A stretch of DNA of 59,504 nucleotides, filler included. It is 3 parts of 3 records of this genome, joined end to end, with 100 filler letters (N's around TTAATTAATTAA, not from the genome) between each part and the next. Parts side by side here need not be neighbours in the genome. Positions count along the whole stretch, not along the records: positions 19,177 to 50,078 come from SRR2962707_3234; 2 more parts are not named here. One strand, written 5' to 3'. The stretch's first letter is position 1. Each line of letters opens with the position of its first letter. Shown here piece by piece: positions 30,629 to 38,685 of this stretch. A program made the translations under genes and the position numbers. The notes under the pieces were generated by a model that was not told the DNA's origin, made no database searches, and worked only from the letters and a program-made list of their open reading frames with translations.

Positions 30629-30900
30629 GGTTTCGCCTTGAGGAGGATGGCTCCAGGATCAGGCAAATCCTTCCCCTGCCCTATTTCCTTGCAAAGCACC
30701 TTCTCTGAGCTCTTCCAAGGGTTAAGCGGAATGGCCCCATCAGTCTTCTTGCAGGCAGCGATCCAGAAATTATCATGAGCGATCTGGCGGGCTTCTTTTT
30801 CGGTCGCGGCTTCGACATACACGACATCCTTATGCGTGCTGGCAGACCAGTCTTCGTCATCGAGGAATGCTGCAGCGGGTTCAAGACGATACAGGGGCAT
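30625..30900 (-). CDS. hypothetical protein (91 aa)
   Basis: MPLYRLEP...VYVEAATEKEARQIA...NPW; sits inside a tightly packed operon. Confidence 0.7.
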   Translation of the reverse strand: MPLYRLEPAAAFLDDEDWSASTHKDVVYVEAATEKEARQIAHDNFWIAACKKTDGAIPLNPWKSSEKVLCKEIGQGKDLPDPGAILLKAKP

Positions 30901-31903
30901 TTTTGATTTCCTTCTTGGCAGCAATCTCAAAGATCGATTTTCCAACCCGGAAGGGGAATACGAAGCAGGCGAAGATCAGGGGAATGAATTTCATATCCGT
31001 TACTTTAACACTAATCTCGCGCGTATAGTAATTGACCAGGTATTCGAGACGGAGCTTGGCTGTCCTAACGCTTGCAATGACTGAATAGACTTCGTTCAGT
31101 TCATGGAAAAGTGCGGTTTCATCCTTGCTGAGTCTGATATCCAGCGGCAGCTTGGATAACAACGGTCCAATTGAGAAGGCATCTGCGACTGCTACGAGGT
31201 GCGATCCGTACACTGTTACGCGTTCCGGGAGGATTAGATCCGTTAGTCCAAGTTGCTCTCGCAAAACATTCAGCTTTGCAATTGCTACGTTGCCAATATG
31301 GTCCAGCTCAGACTCCCCAACTCGATCAACAGATTTTCCGTAGAACGCTGCTCCTCCATCCCACTGAAAAATCAACTCTCCTGGTTCGACGTTGCCGGTG
31401 ATTAACATGGAATAGTTTTCTTCGGTTGATCCATAGTGGTTGAACCAATGACCGAAGTGCTCAATGATAGCGCAAGTCTCCACGTACAGGTCATTATCCG
31501 TGGAACAATTCTGATTGCTGAAAACCTTCCAGTATTTCGTGTTGGCAATGTTTGCCTCGACGGTGTTCTCGATAAGACGATTAAACTGCTGCTGATTTTC
31601 CTCCTGTTGATTGAGCAAAACGGTCATCGCGAGAGATGGCACAAACGTAACGATCCACACCAGATCTGCGATCTTCCAGAAGCGTGGCGATTGATGCCGG
31701 CACAGATTAGCGAGTGAAATGCCCGATAGCAGGCACAGGAAAGCAGTAAGACCGGGATGCTCTGTAAGAGGTTCCCGGTTTCCCGTCGCCAAGGTGAAAA
31801 TCAGGACACTGACATAAGCAAAGCCGACAGCTGCAGCAATGGCGTATATGAATTGGACAAATAGCTCACCCTTGGATGCCGCCTGCTTTTCCAATAACCT
31901 CAC
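30881..31903 (-). CDS. multi-pass membrane protein with large extracytoplasmic domain
   Basis: Three N-terminal and one C-terminal hydrophobic segments; start placed near GTG 31903 because the longer 5' extension runs through the replication origin. Confidence 0.65.
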   Translation of the reverse strand: MRLLEKQAASKGELFVQFIYAIAAAVGFAYVSVLIFTLATGNREPLTEHPGLTAFLCLLSGISLANLCRHQSPRFWKIADLVWIVTFVPSLAMTVLLNQQEENQQQFNRLIENTVEANIANTKYWKVFSNQNCSTDNDLYVETCAIIEHFGHWFNHYGSTEENYSMLITGNVEPGELIFQWDGGAAFYGKSVDRVGESELDHIGNVAIAKLNVLREQLGLTDLILPERVTVYGSHLVAVADAFSIGPLLSKLPLDIRLSKDETALFHELNEVYSVIASVRTAKLRLEYLVNYYTREISVKVTDMKFIPLIFACFVFPFRVGKSIFEIAAKKEIKNAPVSS

Positions 31904-31959
31904 CCCTGCCCTTTTTCCGGAAAATGTGCCACACCGTTTTTTACGTTCTTCTAAACAAA

Positions 31960-32228
31960 AGATATATTTATCAACACTCATTTTGCCGTTAGAGCCGTTA
32001 CTCCCGTTATCAAAGAGGCTAGAGGGAGTTACCGCCGTTACGGTTTGTGCTGACTCGCCGTTATTTGAAGAGTCGAGGCGAAGCTGTTGTCCGTGAAATG
32101 CCGAACTTCTGTCCGCGTTGTATCGTATTGAACGTCCGCGATAACACGACCGCGAAGTGACGAACATCTGTCCGGGATATACCGAATAAGTGTCCGCGAT
32201 GTGCTGTAGATAACTTAAGTTATCCACA
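31960..32228. other. probable oriV: AT-rich stretch, CCGTTA repeats, iterons and paired DnaA boxes
   Basis: CCGTTA at 31986, 31995, 32004, 32035, 32058; GTCCGCG-type iterons near 32111, 32134, 32148, 32170, 32192; TGTAGATAA-CTTAAG-TTATCCACA at 32205-32228. Confidence 0.78.
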
Positions 32229-32235
32229 TGGGAGA

Positions 32236-33357
32236 CTATCCCTCCACTGTTCTGTTTTCTGTCCAGCGCTTGGCAAAGGCGAAGAAAGCGGCTTCAGGGT
32301 TCTTGAGAACCTGGCCCTTTTCCTCCGTATAGCTGATCCAGGCGCGTTCTATCAGTTCAATATCCCATCCCGGGAAGCGTTCACGGGCATCATTCATAAC
32401 GTGGATGCCAAGTTTCTTGGGTCGAGCAGAGATGGTTTTGGCATCTGCGAGCAGGTGTTGTTCAGTCTTGGGGTCGTCAACCTCTGGGGAAGAGAGTTCG
32501 TCACTTCGCGGACGTAGCGGCCTCACTTCAAGCATCCAGTCATTGGGATTGCGAGATTTAAAATGGCTGTCAAAACTGGAAGCTTTGTCGAGGCGCAAGA
32601 TATAGTCGGGGACGTTACCGTCCTCGATGATCTTCTTGAGATCGGCCCGGAACTTGCGTTCTTCACGGTCCGAACCGCATTTCTCCTTGAGAGACGGAAT
32701 GCCGATCAGCCAGGAGCGCTGCTGGCCACAGTGCTTGCGTGCCAATTCATAAATGCGCTTCTCAAGCCCTTTGGACAGCTCAAAATATCTCGGGCTGATG
32801 GTCAGGACACGCCGGTCGACAACAATGGCTTTGAACATCCACTCATTGAGCGTGACTTCAACCGCGGCCATGACACTTTTGCCAGCCTTGGTTTTGCGCT
32901 CAATAATCTGGAAGCTTTCAATCCAGCCAAAGCCTTTCCTTGTGCGCTCTTTGGCGGATGTTACGTTCGTTCTGATACGTGTGCCATCGAGCCTCTCAAG
33001 ACAGTTGAGAAACAGGTCGTAACCCCGTTTTGAGGTTTGACGGCGGGTTGCTTTGAGGAAATCATGGGCGGAGAACTTGATTTTGCGATCTTCGGGGACG
33101 GGTTGACCGCGTTCGATCTTGTCGTTGATGATTGAGCCAAGATACATCAGAAGATCTTTGTCCCAGATGGTGGCCATGCCCTTGGCACCGGGTTCAATTC
33201 TTATTTCGACACCGCCCCTATTGTATTCAAACGGTGTTTTACGCGGTTGCTTTGTCAGAGAGAACCACGGATGTTCCATCAAGGCTCTATCGTCCTTGAA
33301 GGGGGCGCCGTCGACCAGCTGGTCGAGGAACAGATCTACCTGTTGTGAATCACCCAT
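32236..33357 (-). CDS. repA: plasmid replication initiator protein A (RPA family)
   Basis: DDRALMEHPWFSL, GMATIWDKDLL, LERLDGTRIRT, YFELSKGLEKRIYELARKHCG. Confidence 0.92.
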   Translation of the reverse strand: MGDSQQVDLFLDQLVDGAPFKDDRALMEHPWFSLTKQPRKTPFEYNRGGVEIRIEPGAKGMATIWDKDLLMYLGSIINDKIERGQPVPEDRKIKFSAHDFLKATRRQTSKRGYDLFLNCLERLDGTRIRTNVTSAKERTRKGFGWIESFQIIERKTKAGKSVMAAVEVTLNEWMFKAIVVDRRVLTISPRYFELSKGLEKRIYELARKHCGQQRSWLIGIPSLKEKCGSDREERKFRADLKKIIEDGNVPDYILRLDKASSFDSHFKSRNPNDWMLEVRPLRPRSDELSSPEVDDPKTEQHLLADAKTISARPKKLGIHVMNDARERFPGWDIELIERAWISYTEEKGQVLKNPEAAFFAFAKRWTENRTVEG

Positions 33358-33380
33358 CTGTCTTTTCCTGATTGCTTCTT

Positions 33381-33779
33381 GTCCGCGAAGTGACGAGTTT
33401 GGGCAAAAACAACCTATAGATCAATGTCTTGATTCATATTTGTCCGCGAAGTGACGAGCGAAAGTGTCCGCGAAGTGACGAAAAGAATGCCTTTTAACTG
33501 GCTGTTTATACGGCATTTCACGGACGGCTCACCTGAAACGGAAGCATGGAAAATCTTTTATCGCCTCTGGATTGTTGAAATTTCGTCCGCGAAGTGACGG
33601 ATTGTCCGCGATGTACCGAATCGGAGACAATGAGAGTTGAGAGATTATTCCAAGTGATGTTTGCTAACCATCTGAAACCATGGGAAACTCTTAGTTCAAG
33701 CGATAGATGAAGATTGATCACCCAAATATTAACTTGAGCTTGTCCGCGTTATACCGAATCGACACGTCACTTCGCGGAC
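33381..33779. repeat. iteron cluster upstream of repA
   Basis: GTCCGCGAAGTGACG at 33381, 33442, 33466, 33585 and inverted near 33764-33779; variant GTCCGCG(A/T)T(G/A)TACCGAAT at 33604 and 33742. Confidence 0.9.
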
Positions 33780-33832
33780 ATTTTCGGGGGAATGCGAAAT
33801 GGCAGAGATAGTTGTTTGAGAATGAGAGAACT

Positions 33833-34576
33833 ATGACCAAAGAAGAGTGTATTGAGTGGGCCTTAACAGTATATGAGCGTCTCCGCCCCAAGTTCTACAA
33901 CAAGTTAACCTGGGTCGTCGTCACTGCTGGCCTCGCTTTAGTAACATCACCGGTTTGGTGGCACGAGGTTATCAGGCAGGTGCTTATCGCTGAATTTGGT
34001 ATCGACGTCGAAGTCGACATCTCTCCATGGATTGGCGTTAGCTTGGTGGCCTTGGGTTTGATCTACCATTTGATAGCGGACAAGCTAGGGCATCTTGTAG
34101 AGTGGCGTGAGATTGCGGAAGAACTTGACCACGATGCGGCCATATTTAACGATTTTATGGCTGATCTTAAACGTACTAACGCAGCGGATATAATGGAACA
34201 GCTTGGAGGCAGTCATTATTACATGGATGTAGACTTTGACCATGTTAGATCCGTTGTAAGAAGTCTGTCCAAGCCAGAGAAACAGTTCTTGTCTGGAGAA
34301 TTAAAAGAGCAAGCATCAGAAGTTGTTCGAACTTTCTCCGACCTTTGCGATTATATGGCGCCTAAGTTTGATATGTATCCGCATAGTCAACTTGGCAAAA
34401 AATCACGTATCGTACTTAGTCCATACGATAATATCGATATGCTCGGAACACCTGACACGATGGCAAGTTACGATAAAACTGCTCGAGAGTTTTTGGGAAA
34501 GCTATCGGTGTATAATAAGGCCTATGAGACGTTTGTAGATGTAGCTCACAAAACACTGAAATCGCGCTGTGTCTAG
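33833..34576 (+). CDS. 2-TM membrane protein of unknown function
   Basis: Two N-terminal hydrophobic helices followed by a soluble helical domain. Confidence 0.7.
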   Translation: MTKEECIEWALTVYERLRPKFYNKLTWVVVTAGLALVTSPVWWHEVIRQVLIAEFGIDVEVDISPWIGVSLVALGLIYHLIADKLGHLVEWREIAEELDHDAAIFNDFMADLKRTNAADIMEQLGGSHYYMDVDFDHVRSVVRSLSKPEKQFLSGELKEQASEVVRTFSDLCDYMAPKFDMYPHSQLGKKSRIVLSPYDNIDMLGTPDTMASYDKTAREFLGKLSVYNKAYETFVDVAHKTLKSRCV

Positions 34577-34668
34577 CGTTGAAGTCTAACGAAAAAGAAA
34601 TGAGAGGCGGAGATCGTTTCCGGTTCCCTACTCTCCCTTGCTGTTCATCTTCAACATGCAGGGGCATT

Positions 34669-34698
34669 AAAAAAGGCAGGGTAAGCCCCCTGCCCTTT
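34669..34698 (-). terminator. intrinsic terminator of the par operon
   Basis: GGCAGGG/CCCTGCC stem with a T tract on the minus strand. Confidence 0.7.
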
Positions 34699-34706
34699 CT
34701 GACCAG

Positions 34707-35138
34707 TCAATCGCGAGACTGGCCGTGAATATCGAGTTCGGTCAGTTTTGCGATTTGCCATCCTTCGCCCTTTGTTTCGACCCAGAGCTGAAGCATCTCG
34801 CTCAGAAGCTCTCCGGCTTTAGCGCCCTTTCCACGCGATGCAACGATATCGTCTATCAATTGCTTGCAATCCGGCGTAACACGAACTGAGAGGAGTGCTG
34901 TGCGTCCACTCCGGCGCAAAGACCGACCATCGATCTTTCCGGTGCCGTCTCGTGATGTGAACCCGTCTTTCGCTGCTTCTCGTGCTATGTCGGCCGTCGA
35001 AGGTTTAATTCGCACAGGCGCCACGGCACTTTCGCTCGATGCATGCAGAGAGGTTGACTTGTCAGTGCGCCGAAGCGCGGACACATCAAGGGCGAGCCCG
35101 TCTTCGTCATCGAGCACTTCGAATGGGTCTTTGGCCAT
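34707..35138 (-). CDS. ParG-like RHH centromere-binding partition protein
   Basis: Disordered N-terminus, DGRSLRRSGRTALLSVRVT beta-strand plus two helices; directly after parA. Confidence 0.75.
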   Translation of the reverse strand: MAKDPFEVLDDEDGLALDVSALRRTDKSTSLHASSESAVAPVRIKPSTADIAREAAKDGFTSRDGTGKIDGRSLRRSGRTALLSVRVTPDCKQLIDDIVASRGKGAKAGELLSEMLQLWVETKGEGWQIAKLTELDIHGQSRD

Positions 35139-35142
35139 TAGT

Positions 35143-35880
35143 TTACTCCTTTGCGTCCGCGGTTGCCTTCGCGTCGTCTGTCGCCTCATCAGTTTCCAAG
35201 CCATATGACGGGTCTTTAAGAACAGCTATCAGCTCCGCGGCAAGAGCGTGGAGGACTTTGAGTGCACCTTTGAGGTTTGGCGCTTCTGCATCCGTCAGAC
35301 TGTAAATTGATCGCCCCTCCCCTACGAACACCTTGAAAGCTTCCAGATTGTTGAATTCGGCTTTCATGAACGGAAGTTTACGTTCGCGTAGCTGCTCGTA
35401 TGCCTTACGGAGTGATCGTGGCGTAATAGCTTGGCTGGTGCGTGTGAACAGAATACGGAAAGGAATTTCGCGCCGCTGAAGCTTAGATTGACTTCTTATC
35501 AATCCAAGGGTTTTCGCGGCTTCTTTGTGGTCAAGGCTCGATCCTTGGCTTGGGACAATAACGAGGTCTGCACTCGCGATTGCCATTGCCACGCCGAGGT
35601 TTGCTGAACCTTCCATGTCAGCGAGAACAATATCGTGGATCTCTCGCATTTTATCGAGAGTATCGAAGACTTCGGTGTCGGAAACTTTTGGTGTCGCGGT
35701 AATGTTTTCTACCGGATTTTCCGACAACCACTCTATGACGGGTTGGTTGGGGTCATTGTCGAGAATTCCGACATTCAGGCCGCTTTTTGCCAATGCAGAA
35801 GCTATGGCCATTATGTACGACGACTTCCCAACGCCACCTTTTGAACTGGCAACAGCGACGATCTTTCCTGACTCTGCCAT
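35143..35880 (-). CDS. parA: type Ib ParA partition ATPase
   Basis: SSKGGVGKS deviant Walker A, DNDPN, ADMEG, ADLVIVP; no N-terminal HTH. Confidence 0.92.
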   Translation of the reverse strand: MAESGKIVAVASSKGGVGKSSYIMAIASALAKSGLNVGILDNDPNQPVIEWLSENPVENITATPKVSDTEVFDTLDKMREIHDIVLADMEGSANLGVAMAIASADLVIVPSQGSSLDHKEAAKTLGLIRSQSKLQRREIPFRILFTRTSQAITPRSLRKAYEQLRERKLPFMKAEFNNLEAFKVFVGEGRSIYSLTDAEAPNLKGALKVLHALAAELIAVLKDPSYGLETDEATDDAKATADAKE

Positions 35881-35903
35881 TTGGCCATCTCCGTAAAATG
35901 AGT

Positions 35904-36266
35904 GATAACAGTCATCATAATTGTGTCCGATGACTGTTAGATACCTTAACCGAAAACTGTTATCGTATATTTATACGATAACTGACATCGAAAAACAAGG
36001 CGATGACGGTTAACTGATATATATTCGATGACAGTTAACAGTATATCTAGCAGATTGAATCCCCCTACTATCCGATAACAGTCATCGAAAACCTATTAAA
36101 CACCCGAAAACCGGGAACATAAACGCTTGATACTTGGTTCTTCAACCCGCTCGGGCTTCCTAATGACAGAGTATCTCCGATAACAGTTAACATACTCTTT
36201 ATAGATAACCGTTATCGGTCATATTAACGATGACGGTTATCTTTAATATACTAGATGACAGTCATC
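35904..36266. repeat. array of 11 palindromic 13-mers GATRACNGTYATC at ~25-bp period (probable centromere/operator)
   Basis: Copies start at 35904, 35929, 35952, 35977, 36002, 36027, 36074, 36179, 36204, 36229, 36254. Confidence 0.88.
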
Positions 36267-36291
36267 GTATTTTTCATTTGGCAAATAAAAA

Positions 36292-36368
36292 TGCCTGAGG
36301 CACTATTATACATTGCAAGGAGTGACTGAGGCACTATACTGCAATCAGTATGATGACTGAGGCATGGT
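36292..36368 (+). promoter_or_regulatory. three direct repeats TG(A/C)CTGAGGCA at 31-bp spacing (operator)
   Basis: Copies at 36292, 36323 and 36354, directly upstream of the HTH gene at 36372. Confidence 0.75.
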
Positions 36369-36371
36369 TAT

Positions 36372-36737
36372 ATGACTCCAGAAAAGACGGCATCCGGAGA
36401 CCCTTACAACATCTCTGAAGATGAGCTGTTGGCCATTGGGCTTACGCTCAATGATGGTATGGAGCGCGGCTGGTTGCGGACATTGGCCATGCTGCTGAAG
36501 AAAAACCCGTCAGTGGTGTCAAAGTGGAAAAAGGAAATCCATCGGGTTTCCCAGGACGACGTTCAGCATATGCGCTTGTTGGTCTTGCTCAAAGAGGCGG
36601 GCGTCCTGCAGGCCAGTCTGATCGCGGCAAGAACGCCAGTTCCGTTGAGCGATATCGGCGAAGGGGCAGGGCAGGGGGGATCAGTGCGGAAATCTGCCAG
36701 AGAAGAGATTTCGCAAGCTTTGGCGCGAGGCAAATGA
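36372..36737 (+). CDS. small HTH transcriptional regulator
   Basis: RGWLRTLAMLLKKNPSVVSKWKK resembles a Cro-like HTH. Confidence 0.6.
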   Translation: MTPEKTASGDPYNISEDELLAIGLTLNDGMERGWLRTLAMLLKKNPSVVSKWKKEIHRVSQDDVQHMRLLVLLKEAGVLQASLIAARTPVPLSDIGEGAGQGGSVRKSAREEISQALARGK

Positions 36738-36793
36738 CTGTTTGACATGCAAATTTTGTGAATGAACAGGTGATAGCGAAAAGGTATCTATCT

Positions 36794-37255
36794 ATGACAT
36801 GGACAAAATACGTGGTTACGGCTTTCGCGATAATGATTGCGGCTGTATTTCTAAACGCCGATAGAAATACCGACCTGTGTGAACCCTCCGTGGCGGATGA
36901 TCTGTCTGTGGTTAATCAGAATGCCGCTTTCGTTCTTCTCGATCAGCAAATCTCACCATGCTTCGCAACAGGAAACTCGCTTCCTGTTGTGATGGATGAG
37001 AGAAAATCACTCTTTGTCGTTGATACGAGCGGTGCACGTGTTGAAGTAGGCAAACAAGATGCATCCGTATGCGACAGCAAGGTGAGCGATGATCTGACTA
37101 AGGTCGAAGAGTACGCGGCATATGTTGTGGGTGGGCAGGTTCTTTCCGAATGCACGTCAACCGGCCGTTTCCTGCAGGTTCATGAAGATGCGCAGGGTGT
37201 TTATGTGATTGATGCGAAAGGGGAACGCATTGATATTGCAAAGACGATGAACTGA
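36794..37255 (+). CDS. membrane-anchored protein with two tandem 64-aa Cys-pair domains
   Basis: N-terminal TM; units CEPSVADDL...C..TG..L.V...G.R and CDSKVSDDL...C..TG..L.V...G.R. Confidence 0.75.
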   Translation: MTWTKYVVTAFAIMIAAVFLNADRNTDLCEPSVADDLSVVNQNAAFVLLDQQISPCFATGNSLPVVMDERKSLFVVDTSGARVEVGKQDASVCDSKVSDDLTKVEEYAAYVVGGQVLSECTSTGRFLQVHEDAQGVYVIDAKGERIDIAKTMN

Positions 37256-37308
37256 TACAGGGCCAATGATGCCTGATGCTATGGGCGTAGCATCAGGCTG
37301 TGTAGTGA

Positions 37309-37407
37309 TCACGGGTTCAACACAATATACGGCAGTATTTGCATCATCAATTGGCCCAGCATTATTGCTATCATATACTTGCTATAGTCATCTTTATTCA
37401 TGTTCAT
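37309..37407 (-). CDS. candidate 32-aa hydrophobic peptide
   Basis: RBS GAGAGGA 8 nt upstream; MNMNKDDYSKYMIAIMLGQLMMQILPYIVLNP; followed by an 11-bp hairpin at 37271-37298. Confidence 0.35.
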   Translation of the reverse strand: MNMNKDDYSKYMIAIMLGQLMMQILPYIVLNP

Positions 37408-37731
37408 CCGTAAAATCCTCTCTATACGGTGTTATGGGGCAGGAATGGCAGGTATCGCCCTTAGAAGCGCCTGTTCCTTCCTACTGTTCGATATATCTCC
37501 CACTTGAAATTTTAACAGGGCTGTTAATTATCGATATTAACTCTACATGGATGGGTTTAAGACAGCTGATCTTGTCGCCAAAGCACAGCAGTCATATTGG
37601 CGGGCAATGCAGACCTTTCCATGCAAGGTAGACAGGCGCTAATATCTATACGGGATGACACGGTTTTTATGGGCCCCGGTCCCGATCATTATTTGTCATT
37701 CGGTCACTGAGTGCTTTTTGGAGTTTTTATT

Positions 37732-38145
37732 TTGACCAAATATTTTGTTCGAGTTGCCGCCAAAGAGATTTCAGGTGAAGAAGATTACCCAATGATACTG
37801 GATGTACTTCTTGATATCGGAGATGAAGGCGCAATGATGGCGGGGAGTTCGCCACGGTGCGGGTATTTTGGGAACCTGGGAGAGACACTGCATCCGTTTG
37901 TTCTGAGGAAAGAACAATCGGCAGTGTTCCCTCCAATGGGTTACGTCATGGATTTCGGAACCGAGTATGATGGGGACTATCGACATTACCTCACCAACAT
38001 GCCTGCGAAACCCCTTTACGTAGGTGCAACCTTTACAGTCATAATGCGCAGTGTGCAGACGGCTCAGTGGGAAGAGTACACCTACAGCATTCGTCGGTTG
38101 ACCAATCTTCTGACTGAACAGGCGATAGAAATCGAGAAGGTTTGA
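37732..38145 (+). CDS. hypothetical protein
   Basis: TTG start after GGAG; protein-like composition, no recognisable motif. Confidence 0.6.
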   Translation: MTKYFVRVAAKEISGEEDYPMILDVLLDIGDEGAMMAGSSPRCGYFGNLGETLHPFVLRKEQSAVFPPMGYVMDFGTEYDGDYRHYLTNMPAKPLYVGATFTVIMRSVQTAQWEEYTYSIRRLTNLLTEQAIEIEKV

Positions 38146-38606
38146 AGATTTTTTATATCATCTACAGAAATACCTGCAGGGTAGGCGAAGGCGCCGGTTC
38201 TTTGATGAGATTTCTACGGGTGCGCATGAAAGTGTGATTTGAATGCAACTCGGTATCACGTGATACCAAAGTTGAGCAGCCATACACTATACGCGGTTTA
38301 GTGTATGTAACCAGGCCTCGAGGCCACATCACAAAACACAAAATTTTCGCGCCTATAAACTGCAGCTATCTTCACGACGTTAAACACGCGGTTTTTCACG
38401 CTGTTTAATGTAGGTTTCCCCGCGCACTCCGCACTTGCACTGCTCACTCAACGAACGTGCAATTTCCGGCCGTGAATTACATGCGAAAAATGAAGACGGT
38501 TTGCGTGCGCAATCTGTGAACTAATTTGCACTCACAAAAATGTGCGTTTTTGAGAACGCAGATTCTGATTGAAAATTGCACGCGTATTGCGTAAAAAGAT
38601 TTCAAC

Positions 38607-38674
38607 AACACCCCCCACGCTTAGCCTGCAGTTCTTCGGAACTCAGTGATGCGCATCTTGGGGGGTTATTTTTT
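38607..38674 (+). ncRNA. putative abiF-type structured RNA (antitoxin or leader)
   Basis: Outer stem ACCCCCCA/TGGGGGGT enclosing an AGTTC-TTCG-GAACT hairpin, T-rich tail, about 12 nt before the Abi gene. Confidence 0.6.
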
Positions 38675-38685
38675 GGCCAAATTTA

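Noticed and set aside
31904-32227. 5' extension of the 448-aa ORF
   Set aside because: It runs through iterons and DnaA boxes and gives a low-complexity translation; the real start is probably near 31903.
35904-36266. CRISPR or guide-RNA array interpretation of the 13-mer array
   Set aside because: Repeats (13 nt) and spacers (~12 nt) are too short, no cas or other effector gene is adjacent, and the position upstream of parA fits a centromere.
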